A stretch of DNA of 61,344 nucleotides, filler included, from Basidiobolus ranarum (taxonomy: Eukaryota), in the NCBI GenBank assembly GCA_040143965.1. It is 10 parts of 10 records of this genome, joined end to end, with 100 filler letters (N's around TTAATTAATTAA, not from the genome) between each part and the next. Parts side by side here need not be neighbours in the genome. Positions count along the whole stretch, not along the records: positions 1 to 6,058 come from JASJQH010008299.1; positions 6,159 to 12,213 come from JASJQH010008300.1; positions 12,314 to 18,365 come from JASJQH010008301.1; 7 more parts are not named here. One strand, written 5' to 3'. The notes beneath the pieces are model-generated. The model saw nothing but the letters and a program-made list of their open reading frames with translations. It was not told the origin of the DNA and did not search any database. The translations under genes were made by a program, and so were the position numbers. Each line of letters starts with the position of its first letter. The stretch's first letter is position 1. Positions 1 to 12,545 of this stretch are shown here, in pieces.

Positions 1-10
1 TGTTAAAGAA

Positions 11-3000
11 ATGTCAACCAGTACAATTACTAATGTTTTTGCATCCACCAAGAAGTTTGATGGTGAAAACTTTTGCCATTAGAAGTTCAAGATGCAAATG
101 GTGCCTGAAGATAAGGACATCTAGGATTTGTTTCAGGAGAAGAAATAGAGCCATAGGGAGCACCACAAGCTATCCTTGCTTTTCACAAAAGCAGAGGAAA
201 GCACTCTCTACACTTTGTCTACTTCTTGGAGACTCTCAATTGAGGTACATACCACCAGCTGAAAACATCCAACATGCTTGTGAAACACCAGAAGGACTAT
301 ATAAGACTAAAAGTCTGGCTAATAGGTTATATTTTTGGTGAAATCCAATGATTCTATGCTTAATCATATATGTCAGATAAAAATATGGTGGATCAGCTCT
401 CATCCATAGGAGCACCTCTAATGAAGATGACCTAGTCATGACACTACTTGGGGGCCATACAGACAAGTTTGGGAACCTCATAATTGCCTTAGACTTAAGA
501 TCAGAGCCATTAAAAATGGAATATGTTGGTGCTAGGCTTTGTATGTGGAATTAAGGAGGTCCAATTCTCGGAAAAATAATGCAGTTCAGGCATTTACGGA
601 GCTGTGAAACATCCAACAGGCTTCAATAATGGTGCTCCTAATAGCAAATCAATCATCTGCAAGTAATGCAAGAAACCAGTCAATTTAATCTAAGATTACA
701 GAAAAGGGATTGTTGCTTAAAAGCAAAAATCAGAACAAGCAAATCAAGAGAGTTCTAATTGGGAGCATGTACTTTTGCCTGCCCTATCAGTAACAACTAA
801 AGACTCAAAAATGTGTTACATTGATAAAGGGGCTTCCCAGCTTATGTTAAACAAGAAAGATTGGTTTTCTGGCTTAAAACCCTTTCAAAAAATGAAAGTC
901 TACTGAGATGATGAATTTGCACTCTATGCAGTTGGTAAGGGCATGGTTGTGCTCATTTTAGACCAGATTCAGCCAAATTGTCTGCAAAATTGGATGATGT
1001 ACTTTATGTACCAAATATAGCCAAGAATCTACTCTGCATAAGCAAAGCAACAACTCAAGGACTAAAATTTGTGTACAGCAAGGCTGGGTGCACTATCACA
1101 GATCAGAATAATAACAAATCAGTGATGGAGATCAAAACTCAGAACCAGTATAAGCTCAAAATCATCATATTGCATTCGGAGCATGCACACTTGGCCAAAA
1201 TTAGTTAAATAAGCTATTAAATGTGGCATAGAAGATTTGGCCACATTTGTGAATAATAACTATCCCAAAGGATCTGAAATTAGCTTGTGTCAGGCTTAGA
1301 TATTGTAATTATCACTATATTAGATATGTTTACAGGTTGCATGTATGAAAAACATCACAGACAGCCATTTTTAAGCTCTGGAGAGCTCAAATAAACTCAG
1401 AATTTTGCCCTGATTTATTTTGACCTATGTGGGCCAATGAAAACCTCTCACTAGGTGGGAAAAGGAACTTTATGACCTTTATTGATGACAAAACCAGATA
1501 TACTTAGGCATTCTTTCTCACAATAAATTCTAAATCCTTTGCTACATACAAGCATTACAAAGCAATGGTAGAAAAATGCATCAGCATAAAAAATAAGGGT
1601 ACTCAAGTATAATAATGATGGAGAATACTGCTCTAAAGACTTTACTAGTTGTTATTCTAAACATGGAATTAAGCAACAAATTATTGTACCTTATACTTCA
1701 TAGCAAAATGTAGTTGCAGAACATGGTAATATGACCATAGTTGAGATGGCAAGATCATTGTTACATGATCAAAAGTTAGATAACCAATATTGGACTGAAT
1801 CTGTCTCCACTGCAGTCTATGTCAAAAACAGATGCCCAACAAGATGGCTACAAAATTCTAATCCATTTGCAGCCCTATGTTGATCAAAACTAAGTGAGGA
1901 TCATCTCAGGATCTGTGTTTAATAGCATACTGCCTAATTCCGGGCCAAAAACACGTTAAATTAGAACCCAAAAGCAGAAATACATGTATCTTGGTTTCAC
2001 CAATAGATTCAAGGCCAATAGACTTTTTGATACCAGAAATCTGAAACTTTTCAGGTGCAGAAAGCAACAGGCTCTAGAGCAAGTTCTGGAGTGTCCAGAA
2101 TCAAAATTATTGGAAATAGCAATGTCTCATGAGTTTTCTTCACTTCAGGAAAATAAAACATGGGCTTTCAGTCCCCTACCATCAGGGAGACAGCCAATAG
2201 GTTGTAAATGGGTCTACAAAGTCAAAAGCTAAGCAGACGGAACCATAGAAAGGTAAAAAGTAAGATTAGTTGCAAATGGTTATTCCCAGGCACCAGGAGT
2301 TGATTTTGATGAAACTTTTGTTCCAATATCTATGTTAAGCTCCATTAGATCAATTGAGGCACTCTCAGCCATCCGCAACCATAATTTACATCCATTTTAT
2401 GTTAAACCAGACTTTATGAATGGAAATCTAGAAGAAGAGATCTATATGGAGCACCAGATAGATTTGTTGACCCAAAACGTGCTGATATGGTCTGTAAACT
2501 GCAAAAATCACTATGTGGACTAAAGCAAGCACTCAGAGCATGGTACAACAAGATAGATACCTCTTTGGATTCATACGAATTCCAAAAATGCATTGCAGAT
2601 CTCAGTTTTTACATCATAACAACCAGATATAGGAACCTTTTCTTGGCACTGTATGTGAATGACTTGATCATAGCCACAAATGTTCTATAAGCACTCAATC
2701 AGATGAGCAGCAGCTTATCAGACTTATTTCAGATGACCAATATGTATGAATTAAATTATTTTCTTGGAATCCAAATCAAGAGAGATAAACCCAATCAGAA
2801 AATCAAGCTGAATCAGTCTAGATACATCCTAGCTAAACTAAAAACTTCAACATGGAGAATAGCAAGTCTGTATCAACACCAGTAAATCCTGATGTAAGAT
2901 TAATCAAAATTTCATCCACTTTGGCCCAAAATGACTCAAAGCAAAGCCAGGAGTTACCATATCACTCCATGGTGGGTAGTTTAATCTATTCCATGGTTGG

Positions 3001-3630
3001 TACACATCTACACATTGCTGTGGCAGTGGGAACTGTGAGCTAATATCTCATAAATCCAGAATCTGAGCACTAAACTGCAGTAAAACAAATATTCAGGTAT
3101 TTGAGAGGAACTGTAGATCTAGTTCTGGAGCACTCTGCCAAACCTGATGCATGAAATTTTGATGGCTTCAGTGATGCATACTGTGGAAGAAACCTTCATG
3201 ATCAAAGTTCAACAACTGGGTACACTTTCTATATGGAAAATGAGCCATGACTTGGAATAGTAAGAAGCAACCAACTGTAGCACTTTTTGCTACAGAAGCA
3301 GAGTATATAGCTGCCTCTGCTACTACACAAGAAGCTGTTTGGTCAAGGAAGTTACTTACAGACTTAGGATACAAGCAAAAACATGCTACTAATGTATTTG
3401 AAGTAAATCAAAGTTGTTTTCATTAATCAAAATCCCTACATATCATGCTAGAACAAAAAATATAGATAATAGGCATCATTTTGTTAGAGAATCAATAAAG
3501 AATGATATAATTGAGCTTGTTTAATGCCCAACTGCAAAAATTATTGCTAGCATCTTAACAAAACCTTTAGCTAAAGCACAATTTGAGTTATCAAGATATG
3601 AGTTAGGTTTAAGAGTAATACAAAATAATT
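11..3630 (+). mobile_element. Decayed Ty1/copia LTR retrotransposon internal region (gag-PR-IN-RT-RH), family A
   Basis: Gag start MSTST..KKFDGENFCH*KFKM at 11. Also protease region DKGASQ, integrase HxRFGH..C..C, RT motifs PIGCKWVYKVK, LKQALRAWY and LYVNDL, and RNase H WNSKKQPTVALFATEAEYIA. The copia domain order (IN before RT) holds. Many stops and frameshifts. Confidence 0.95.
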
Positions 3631-3643
3631 AGTTGTATGGGAA

Positions 3644-3998
3644 TGTGGACATGAGGGGAATAGCAACTCATTTTATAGTGGTTAGTTTATTCCAATTCTG
3701 ATTTTTTAGTACGTAACTCTGTCATTCAAAAAACATGTGTTTATTGCTCTAATTGCTAGAAAAGCAATTAGATCACTTTTACCATTTTTCACTATTTTCT
3801 CCAATCTTCTCCAAATCATCTCAAATTCTCACCCCTGCTAAACAGGCTTGTTTATTTGTTATGATCTAAGCACATCCAATTGTCCTCTTTTATTTTAAAC
3901 TATAAATATGACATATTCAATTAAAACAACTCAAGTGTCCAATTTACAAATCCTAATCTTGTCCATAACATTTTCAAATCCACTAAACACTTTTACCA
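3644..3998 (+). repeat. 3' LTR of copia family A
   Basis: Follows the RNase H end and a purine-rich tract (GTATGGGAA). Has TG...CA termini and is homologous to 5134-5484 and 58612-58950. Confidence 0.85.
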
Positions 3999-4000
3999 AA

Positions 4001-4083
4001 TATGAGATGATCTGGCAAAGTTTTGAGAAAATAGTGAAAAATAGTAAAAATGATATCATTGATATTTCTATCCAGTAAAGCAA
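4001..4083 (-). repeat. Inverted fragment of LTR family A
   Basis: Reverse complement (..ttttcactattttctcaaaac..agatcatctca) matches the LTR interior at ~3745-3825. Confidence 0.75.
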
Positions 4084-4084
4084 C

Positions 4085-4240
4085 AGACTGGTTCCATTGG
4101 AACAAGTCAGAATGTGCCACTCAATCCAGCCTGCTATCACACCTTCAGGTGTAATCTGTCAATTGCCATGGCTAGGTCCTATGACACTTGATTGGACACA
4201 ATAAGGAACAATATAGCATTATCTGTCCACTATTGGACAC
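4085..4240 (+). repeat. Subterminal segment of the CACTA-like element (inverted homolog of 6159-6310)
   Basis: agactggttccattggaacaagtcag...aaggaacaatatagcattatc is the reverse complement of the start of contig 2, with scattered substitutions. Confidence 0.8.
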
Positions 4241-5133
4241 AATAATTTTTTGGAGACATTGTGCCAGCACATACCAAGTTACACAATTTGGTATTCCAAA
4301 TTAAGATTTTTGATAACTGACAAAGCAAGTTCAAATGTATAACCAAGACATTCTTATTTTTTTATGCCAAACATATGCCTCTTGCTCACACAATATCCTG
4401 ATCTTCAATTGGGCCCATTGGCTCCTATATCATGAAACATCAGTAATTTTGGTGCAGCAGTGACAGATCACAGCACTCAATGATGGATCAATTTGCAGTA
4501 TGAGAGTAATGAGCAGGATTGTTTGATGCATCATTTTTAGATCAGCAAATTATTCATTCAAGCATGTAAGCTTCTAATTGGATGGGAATGTGAGCAGATA
4601 GGCCATAACAAGGAAATAGAGCTGTACAAGCTTTTTATTGACAGACATTATTTATTTAATAGTAGTAAAATAGCTTCTATTGATAGGCTATCATTGATTT
4701 TTTTGATATATCACAATTTCATGCTATTAGTATTTGTAAAGAGTTAATGATCATGATCAAACTAAAGCAGTTTATGCAATATTTAACCCCAATCCATATT
4801 GATTTTGCAGGATGCCCTGAACAGTAAAGCTAGGATAATATAAATATTATCAAGAGCATTCACCAGTTGCCCAGGTTTGAAGTAGTACATGCTGATTTGC
4901 TTCTATTATTTTTGTTGTCTCCTGGATATTTCCAAGGAAGGAAATTTGCTTGAAACTCAGCACCAGGTTGGTTGGTTTGATCCTGCTGAAGTTCCTCTAC
5001 CTTTTGCCAGCATTAGTTGTGGCTTGAGGTTAATGTGTTGTGGTATGTGTTGGCTCAACTGGTATAGTTTGTGGTTTGTTTGTATCTACAGTCTCTTCTT
5101 CAGATGTGGAGTGTTCACTTAATTGGACAACTA

Positions 5134-5484
5134 TGTTGAAATTAGGTAAATAGCAACTCATTATTTAGTAGTTGTTTTATTCATATTCTGATTATTTATC
5201 ACACAATTCTGTCATTGAAAAACATGTTTTTATTGCTCTAATTGATAGAAATTTCAACTAGATCACTTTTACCAATTTTCAATATTTTCTCAAAACAACT
5301 CCAAATCACCTCGAATTTTGACCCACACTTAATAGGCATGTTTGTTAGGATCTAAGCATATCCAATAGTCATATTTCATAGTAACTACAAATAGGACATA
5401 TTCAATTTGATAAATTTCAAGTGTCTAATTCACAAATCCAAATCTTGTTCAAAACACTTCCAAGTCTTCTAAACACTTTTATCA
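5134..5484 (+). repeat. LTR, copia family A (isolated copy)
   Basis: TGTTGAAATTAGG...AAACACTTTTATCA, aligning along its length with 3644-3998 and 58612-58950. No matching TSD seen. Confidence 0.9.
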
Positions 5485-6058
5485 GGTAATGATCAGAATC
5501 ATGACACCCACTGGCAGGTTGACTTATTTCTACTCCAAGCTCATATCATTACTATTGCACAATTTCCATTTTATTATCCTTATTTGACTTACCCAAAATA
5601 TCTAGCCAATCAAATCACACTATTAGTATTATCCGCTATTATTTCAGATTTATCAGTATTAACCCACATTAGCCCTATTATTTTCTGGAAAATTCTACAA
5701 TCTTCTAGAACATTCCATAAGATTTTCAGACTATTTGATGATTGATTGAGTTTTGACAAATCAAAACTTGATTTTGCCTGAACATTTCATGACTTTCTGG
5801 ATTATTCTACAACCTTCCGGAACACTCCATGGATTGCTAATCTTGTGATTTATGATGATATCATAACCACAGATCCCCACCAATAGAATTCTCCGTAACA
5901 TTTTGGAAATTCTCATTAGTAATCATATCCACCACCAGAAAAGTATAAATAGGAGCCATATCTTTTCAAATAAAAATCATCCTAGTTTTCAACTAACAAT
6001 TAATTCTTGTGATCATCCCTTATTTTCATCACTGCTTACAAGACCTTTGAAGAGGAAG

Positions 6059-6158
6059 NNNNNNNNNNNNNNNNNNNNNNNNNNNNNNNNNNNNNNNNNN
6101 NNTTAATTAATTAANNNNNNNNNNNNNNNNNNNNNNNNNNNNNNNNNNNNNNNNNNNN
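6059..6158. other. Artificial contig linker (also at 12214, 18366, 24515, 30663, 36806, 42946, 49083, 55215; each 100 nt)
   Basis: 44 N + TTAATTAATTAA (stops in all six frames) + 44 N. Contig lengths decrease monotonically from 6058 to 6030. Confidence 0.99.
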
Positions 6159-9100
6159 CCAATTGTGGTGGGATAGTGCCATATTGTTCCTTATAGTCTC
6201 CAATCAAGTTTTATAGGACCCAGCCATGGTAATTGACAGATCATGCCAGATGGTGTACTAGCAGGCTAGATTGAGCGGCACAATCTGACCTGGTCCAATG
6301 GAACAAGTCTAATAGATTACCCCATGGCTAAAACAATACTACTGCATATCTCAATCAACCCCACCAAGAAGTCTGTCTTACAGGTTTGCTTGAAATACCA
6401 TCAGATTGTCACACTAACAAAGTTAGTTTGAATTATAGAGATACTTACTCTGTGTCCTGGGATTGGGTTTTGTTCCTGATATTGTGCTCAAACAATATAA
6501 AAACCAATGAGTACATTGAAAAGAGCCCTTTGTTGGAAGGTTAGTATACTCCGGAGTTTCCCTAACCCATTGCATGACATCCATCACTGATTTTGCTTAT
6601 ACAGTGTTAATCAGATTAGTATATGGTAATACTGATGATTCAAAGGGAGTATCATTTGACTGCAGGTTCGCTCCATTGGGTACTCCCAGAATATAAAGCA
6701 AAAAAAGTTTTTGATATCTAGTTACAAATTCTTTGCACAGTTACTGCATCTGCATGAGATCTGCCAATGTGAACTGAGGCCATAAGAATAGACCAACAAT
6801 ATCAACAAACAACTCCCAATGTTGCCAATACTTACCAGACAGAATATTCATGGGAGTCCAGGTAAAATATGATGGTATCTTGATGTTTTCAATCATATTT
6901 CCAACAGAATCAAACTTTAATCCTATCTCCAATGGCTTATTCCAATTGAATTCTTGACTATACAGCTGAGTAAGCAGTATTGGAATGATATTTAATACTA
7001 AGAGCATGGTGCTCAATAGCAAGCTCTGGCTGCAGGTGATCCCCTTTGCAATACAATCCAAGGCTTATGGCTTAACCATAGTTTGATGTCAGACTGACTA
7101 TTTGGTGTATTGATATCAGTAAGCAAGTTGAAATCTGACCAGGCTCTTGATGGTAAAATCATGGAGTTTTGTTTTGCATTTGAACAGTAGTAAAGCATAT
7201 GCCTGATAGAATAAACTCCAATGATTTGTCAAAGTCTACAGCAGGACAATATATTGTTCTTACCAAAACCTCCAAGTTTACTGATGGTGGGAGTGTCTCC
7301 ATTGCATACAATGATATTAGCTTGAGAAAATATTCACTATCTGAATCCCATTAGATAACCATTCCAATTCTGCAATCAAAAGCTGCAAGAAGCTATCTAT
7401 AAGCACTGGTGATTTAGCTCCAGATATGATGGATAGTATCAAGATATTTTGACTTCTATACCCTTCAGAAGGAGGAAGATCCAAGTTAATTAAAATTATA
7501 GGCCAGCAAGCCTTTCCATCAGTATAATTATTTAGTGAGAAACCATCCAGAGCCAATCCAAATGCATGAGCATACATGTTTGCAAAGAAACCTTGCCTTT
7601 TCAGATTCTGGTATTGATATCCATCAAGTATATTAGTAATACCATCAGCATTGTGGTGAGTACTTTGGCATTGGATCAATGATTGATATTTGTGTGATTT
7701 CATCAAAACTTTAAGATGGGGAATTCATGGTATGTAAGCCAAATATGAGCAATATCTACTTGGTTCAGTGATTGCCAATTGTGTGCAAACAGTACATGAC
7801 TTCAGGTTTTTTGTATTACTAGTGAAAGCCAAACAATTATTTGGACATGAAGGTAGTTTAATTACTGAAGGATTTTATGTCATACAATTGACAAGTGTTA
7901 TCCACTTGTACCAGGTCTGTGGCAAGCAACAGTTGCCAATAAACTGTGATAAAAGTGTAAGAAAACCAATAAACACCTGGTTGCTAAGATTCAATTGAAC
8001 TCTCAACTCCTCAACATTCAGAGCTGCTTCCTTTACTGTAAGTGTTTTGAGTAGACTAATGCTTGCCAATAACAAAGAGTCTGTAACAAAACCGCCCCTT
8101 TCTTCTTCAACTTCTGATATACTACCATTGATGCTGGAATAATCAAAGTTAACATCTATCAGCCTGTCCTCAAAGTTGTCTGTACATACTGGTTCAACCA
8201 AAGTTGCACTCCTACATACATCATTCTGATCATATAAATGTGGTAACTCCTTAGTATCTTGACTTTTGTCCATGCTATCAACACTTTGAGACAAAGCACA
8301 GCCATTGGGCTCAGTGGGCAAAACTAAAGTTGATTTTGGGCACTTATTACTGTTGATATTCACCAGACTTTGTGCAGCTAGTGGCTTTGTACAGTGACCA
8401 TGCTTGTGATTATTTTTTATATGAAGCCTGCAGCTTTTGTAGCACCAGAATTGGTGACAACAATAGCAGGGCTTCTTTAAACATTTGTGTTGTGGAATGA
8501 GAAGGATATGATAGAGACAGAACACCTCCTATGTACCCTAACAGAGATTTGTGGATTGTTATTGGAGGAAAACCATCACAATTTTAATCCATTTGGGATT
8601 GACCATCAGAAAATCCCTAATCTCTTTAATATACTCTCCTGAACATTTTTATTGAGTTCTTCCTACCCTAGGTTTAGCTCATATGCAACACAATTTTGTA
8701 GCAATATCTCCATCAAAGCCAACCATAGTATTAATATTTCTGAATCAACATTCTTCCAGCTATCTTGTAGATATCCTGCAACATTGTTCCACTCCGTATT
8801 AAGTTATTCCCAGATATCTATATGGTTAACACCAGAATGAATGTCAAGTTGAATCTTCTTCTTCCAAAGCCACTTTCAGCATACTTGAAATGCATTTTTT
8901 CCTTCATACTTTTGAAAATACCTCTCAAGCACTTTGACTATTTTTATATGGCCTTGTAGTGTTACACTACTGAGGGTGCTTTGCAGTGTTTTTATGCCTT
9001 TTTGCTTGCCTTTAACTTTGGCCTAATTTTAACACTTGGAAAAGTACCACTTGAGGTTGGAGAACCATAAGTTTCATTTGCTTGTGTTTTGGCTTGTTGA

Positions 9101-10145
9101 CAAGTGCCAGGTGTTGGATAAGGTTCCAAATTCAGCACTCTTCCAACTGGTGTACCTGGTTCTATTGTGAAACTAAGCATTGTTGCCAGTATATCTGACT
9201 CTGTAAATGCAGATCTTTGTAATGGTGTGAAGAATTTGGTAAGTGAGACAGTAGAGTCTTAACTCACTAGCTGCTTTGCTTTTTGCTTGGGTTTACTAAC
9301 TTTCTGCTCCCTGAGTACTTCTTTAACTTTTTTCTTTTCTTTCCAAGTCAAGAATTGCATATATTTATGAGATGTTTCATGAATAAGCCTATACTAGCCT
9401 GAATACCATTTGCTTGCAAAAACCCAGGATAAGCCACTTGAATTAAGTCAAGAACCTTCAGAGTAGCATCTGGTTTTTGATTTGTCCACAATTGGCTCAA
9501 GTCCAGGTGATTTTGGGCATGATTCTGCACAGTTTCCAAAATGTTAAACCACTCATCATCAGAGAAAGTGATGGCAGTTCTGACATTCAGAGTCTTTTGG
9601 TTAGATGGTTTTCCTATGAGATTTCTACTTTCATGTACCTAAGAAATTTTAGGTTATTGTGCCAGCTTAATGGTCTAACTCATATTCTGCTCTGCTAAAT
9701 TGTCACAGTGACATTTATATGTATGGTGCAAGATTGACTGAAATCCCATATGAAAATGGATGGTGGGAGCAACATGTTGCTGTAGCTCAAGTACAGCATT
9801 CCAAAGGTCTAGTATCATTGTTGAGTGACTCTCTAATTGTTGCCTAGTTGCTTCTGAGCACTGCATCAACTGCAATATTGTGATGCTATTACATGTCATG
9901 GCCTGTAGAGCAACTTTGTAGTTTTTACTTATGTTTGTATACAAATCATTATAGTGTACTGCCTACAATACCCTTGTCAAAGTAACTCTATCCAAATTTT
10001 CTACAAAGGGTTGTTCAATTGTGGGCAATTTAACTGTTTTGGAAGTGATGATCTTGATGGTGTTTCTGTTGAACCTTGCTCTAATATTGATTTATTATGT
10101 AATTGGGGGATTACAATCTCTTCACTTGCACTATTGCTGGACAGG
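6159..10145 (-). mobile_element. Decayed CACTA/En-Spm-type DNA transposon (tnp2/Transposase_21 relic plus upstream ORF fragments)
   Basis: ORF 7317-7706 reads AFGLALDGF..ACWPIILINLDLPP..YRSQNILILSIISGAKSP..DSFLQLLIAELEWL, the hallmark tnp2 core. Co-oriented fragments lie at 6741-7061, 7875-8525 and 8992-9944. Boundaries are approximate. Confidence 0.8.
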
Positions 10146-10270
10146 TGTTGAAATTAGCACTGCCTGAGCACCTATATAGTCATACATAACTTAGTACCTA
10201 GTTATCTTATAATTCACTAAGATATTATCAATTATTCCCAATTGCAATTTACTTGGAATATTTTAATTAG
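10146..10270 (+). repeat. Truncated LTR, family B
   Basis: TGTTGAAATTAGCACTGCC...aatttacttggaatatttt, near-identical to the first ~120 nt of 30093-30440. Confidence 0.85.
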
Positions 10271-10409
10271 GGGTTCTGGGCTGCTTCCCTTTTTACCTTG
10301 AATCTTAGCACTCAATGTCTGACTATTCTCACCATGTTGTCTTTAGTTTTCCCACGGTTAGATACAATTGATAAAGCTACAAGACCCCCAATTTCTGGGG
10401 AGGGGGTTT

Positions 10410-12213
10410 TGTTAAGTCAGGATGCACCATTACTGATCAAAATAGGTATTATTTAGCTTTGTGAGAAAGGGATCCAAATTTATACAACTTTACATATATT
10501 CCCAGAGGTTTATGTGTAAATATAAATTATTCCAATCAAGAAACTATTCAAATTATGGCATAAGAGATTTGGCCATATTTGATGTGTTTGTTGGTGCAAA
10601 ATGATCAAAAATTGCCTAATTTCTGGAATTCAATTAACCCCCCCCAACCAAAATGGAAATTTGTGAGGGTTGTATATATGGAAAACAAACCAGGCAATCA
10701 TTCAAGAGCTCTGGTTTAGTCAAATCTGTCAAAAAATTGGGTCTAATTCTTTCAGATTTGTGAGGACCTATGCAAAATTTATATCTAGGCAGAAAAAGAT
10801 ATTTAATCATATTTATTGATGCTTATACAAGCTACACATAGGTCAACTTTATGGAAAGAACAGAAGAAGCTCTTTCTGTCAATAGAGATTTAAAGCACTT
10901 GTGAAGACTGAAACTGGAACTAAAATCAAGATAATACACACTGATAATCATGGAGAATATACTTGAATGCTATTTAAGCACTTTTGCAAAGTTCACGGAA
11001 TTAAGCAAGAAACTACTGCCCCCTATTCACCTCAACAAAATGGAGTTGCTAAAAGAGCTACCAAGACTATAATAGAAATAGCAAAATCAAAGATAAATGC
11101 ACAAAATATATCTCATAACTTTTTGGCAGAAACAGTTGCTACAGCTGTACATCTGAAGAATTGGAGTTATACTAGAAGACCATCTAACTCTACACCATAT
11201 CATGCTTGGTTTGGAGATAAACCTGATGTAAAACATTTAAGGATGTTTGGATGCATTGCTTACGTCAAAACTATAACAAAAAATTGGTCAAAACTTGATC
11301 CAAAGAGTAAGAAGTGCTTATATCTGCGTTATTGTACTCAAACTAAGGCCTACAGACTCTATAACACCAAAGTTTTACAAGTTAATCAAGTCCAGAGATG
11401 TCTTGTTTAATGAAAATGAAACTTTTTCACCCAAAATGACCTCAGATGATGACAAAAAGCAATATTCTCCTGATCCAATCATATAAATTGTTTGAAACCA
11501 AAACAATTAAGAAAATAGCATTCTTATGGACCCATCTACCAAAATTGTGCCTACTGAAGTGCCCAATACAGTGCCAGAAGTTGTAGTACCTTTATCCCAT
11601 ATCAGGAGATCAAATTGGATCATTAATAGCCCAGATTACTACATCAATGAGTCCCAAATTGGGCATATGCTTGCACAGCTCAAATACATGGACCCCAGAC
11701 TGTGAAAGAGGCCTTGAATGGCCCGCACAAGATATTATGGAGATCTGCAACATCTGATGAATACCAGGCTTTGGTTGATAATCATACTTGGATTTCAACC
11801 AACCTAGCTGATGATAGAAAATCAATTGGTTGCCAATGGGTGTTTGAAGTTAAATTCAACACTGATGGCAATATAGAAAAGTACAAGGCTAGACTAGTAG
11901 CCAAAGGATATCCCCAAATGACAGTGATAGATTATACAGAAACTTTTGCTCCTGTAGCAAAGTTTAATTCAATTGGATTGATTTTAGCAATTTCAGCTAA
12001 ATATCAGTTTATTATATATCAAATGGATGTTAAAACTGCTTTTTTGAATGGAGAGCTTGCTGAGGAGATCTTTTTGGACCAGCCAGATGGATTTGTGTTC
12101 CAGAAAACCCTAAAAAAGTTTGCAGACTCTGTAAAAAACTCTATGGCTTAAAACAATCTCCAAGAGCTTGGAATAGCAAGATAGATGCTTTTGTGGAAAC
12201 ACTCAAGTTCCAA
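10410..12213 (+). mobile_element. Decayed Ty1/copia pol fragment (integrase + RT), truncated by contig end
   Basis: TAPYSPQQNGVAK, LRMFGCIAY, KLDPKSKKC, IGCQWVFEVK, YKARLVAKGY, QMDVKTAFLNGEL. Frameshifts present. Confidence 0.95.
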
Positions 12214-12545
12214 NNNNNNNNNNNNNNNNNNNNNNNNNNNNNNNNNNNNNNNNNNNNTTAATTAATTAANNNNNNNNNNNNNNNNNNNNNNNNNNNNNNN
12301 NNNNNNNNNNNNNACATCCTCTGAGCTTGATTACATTGGTCATCAGGTTAAGTATGGATATGATTCAGTATTGTCACAATATCTCAAAAGATTGATGTCT
12401 TGATTGTCACTTTGCTTAGATTAGAATTTAAGCTAAATAAAGTCTACACCATCTGGTGCTTTTCATCCCCCCTAACCCTAACCCTATTACAATGGTTAAA
12501 CTTAGCTTTGACTCAATCAAGAATATTGGTATTTAGCTTGATAAT

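Noticed and set aside
5500-6058. Possible further LTR (TATAAATA at ~5944, duplicated CTACAAxCTTCxxGAACAxTCCAT motif)
   Set aside because: No second copy or terminus in the window to confirm.
6103-6114. TTAATTAATTAA palindrome recurring every ~6.1 kb
   Set aside because: Artificial six-frame-stop linker embedded in N runs.
12470-12486. Telomere-like CCCTAACCCTAACCCTA
   Set aside because: Fewer than three units and internal to the contig; not a telomere array.
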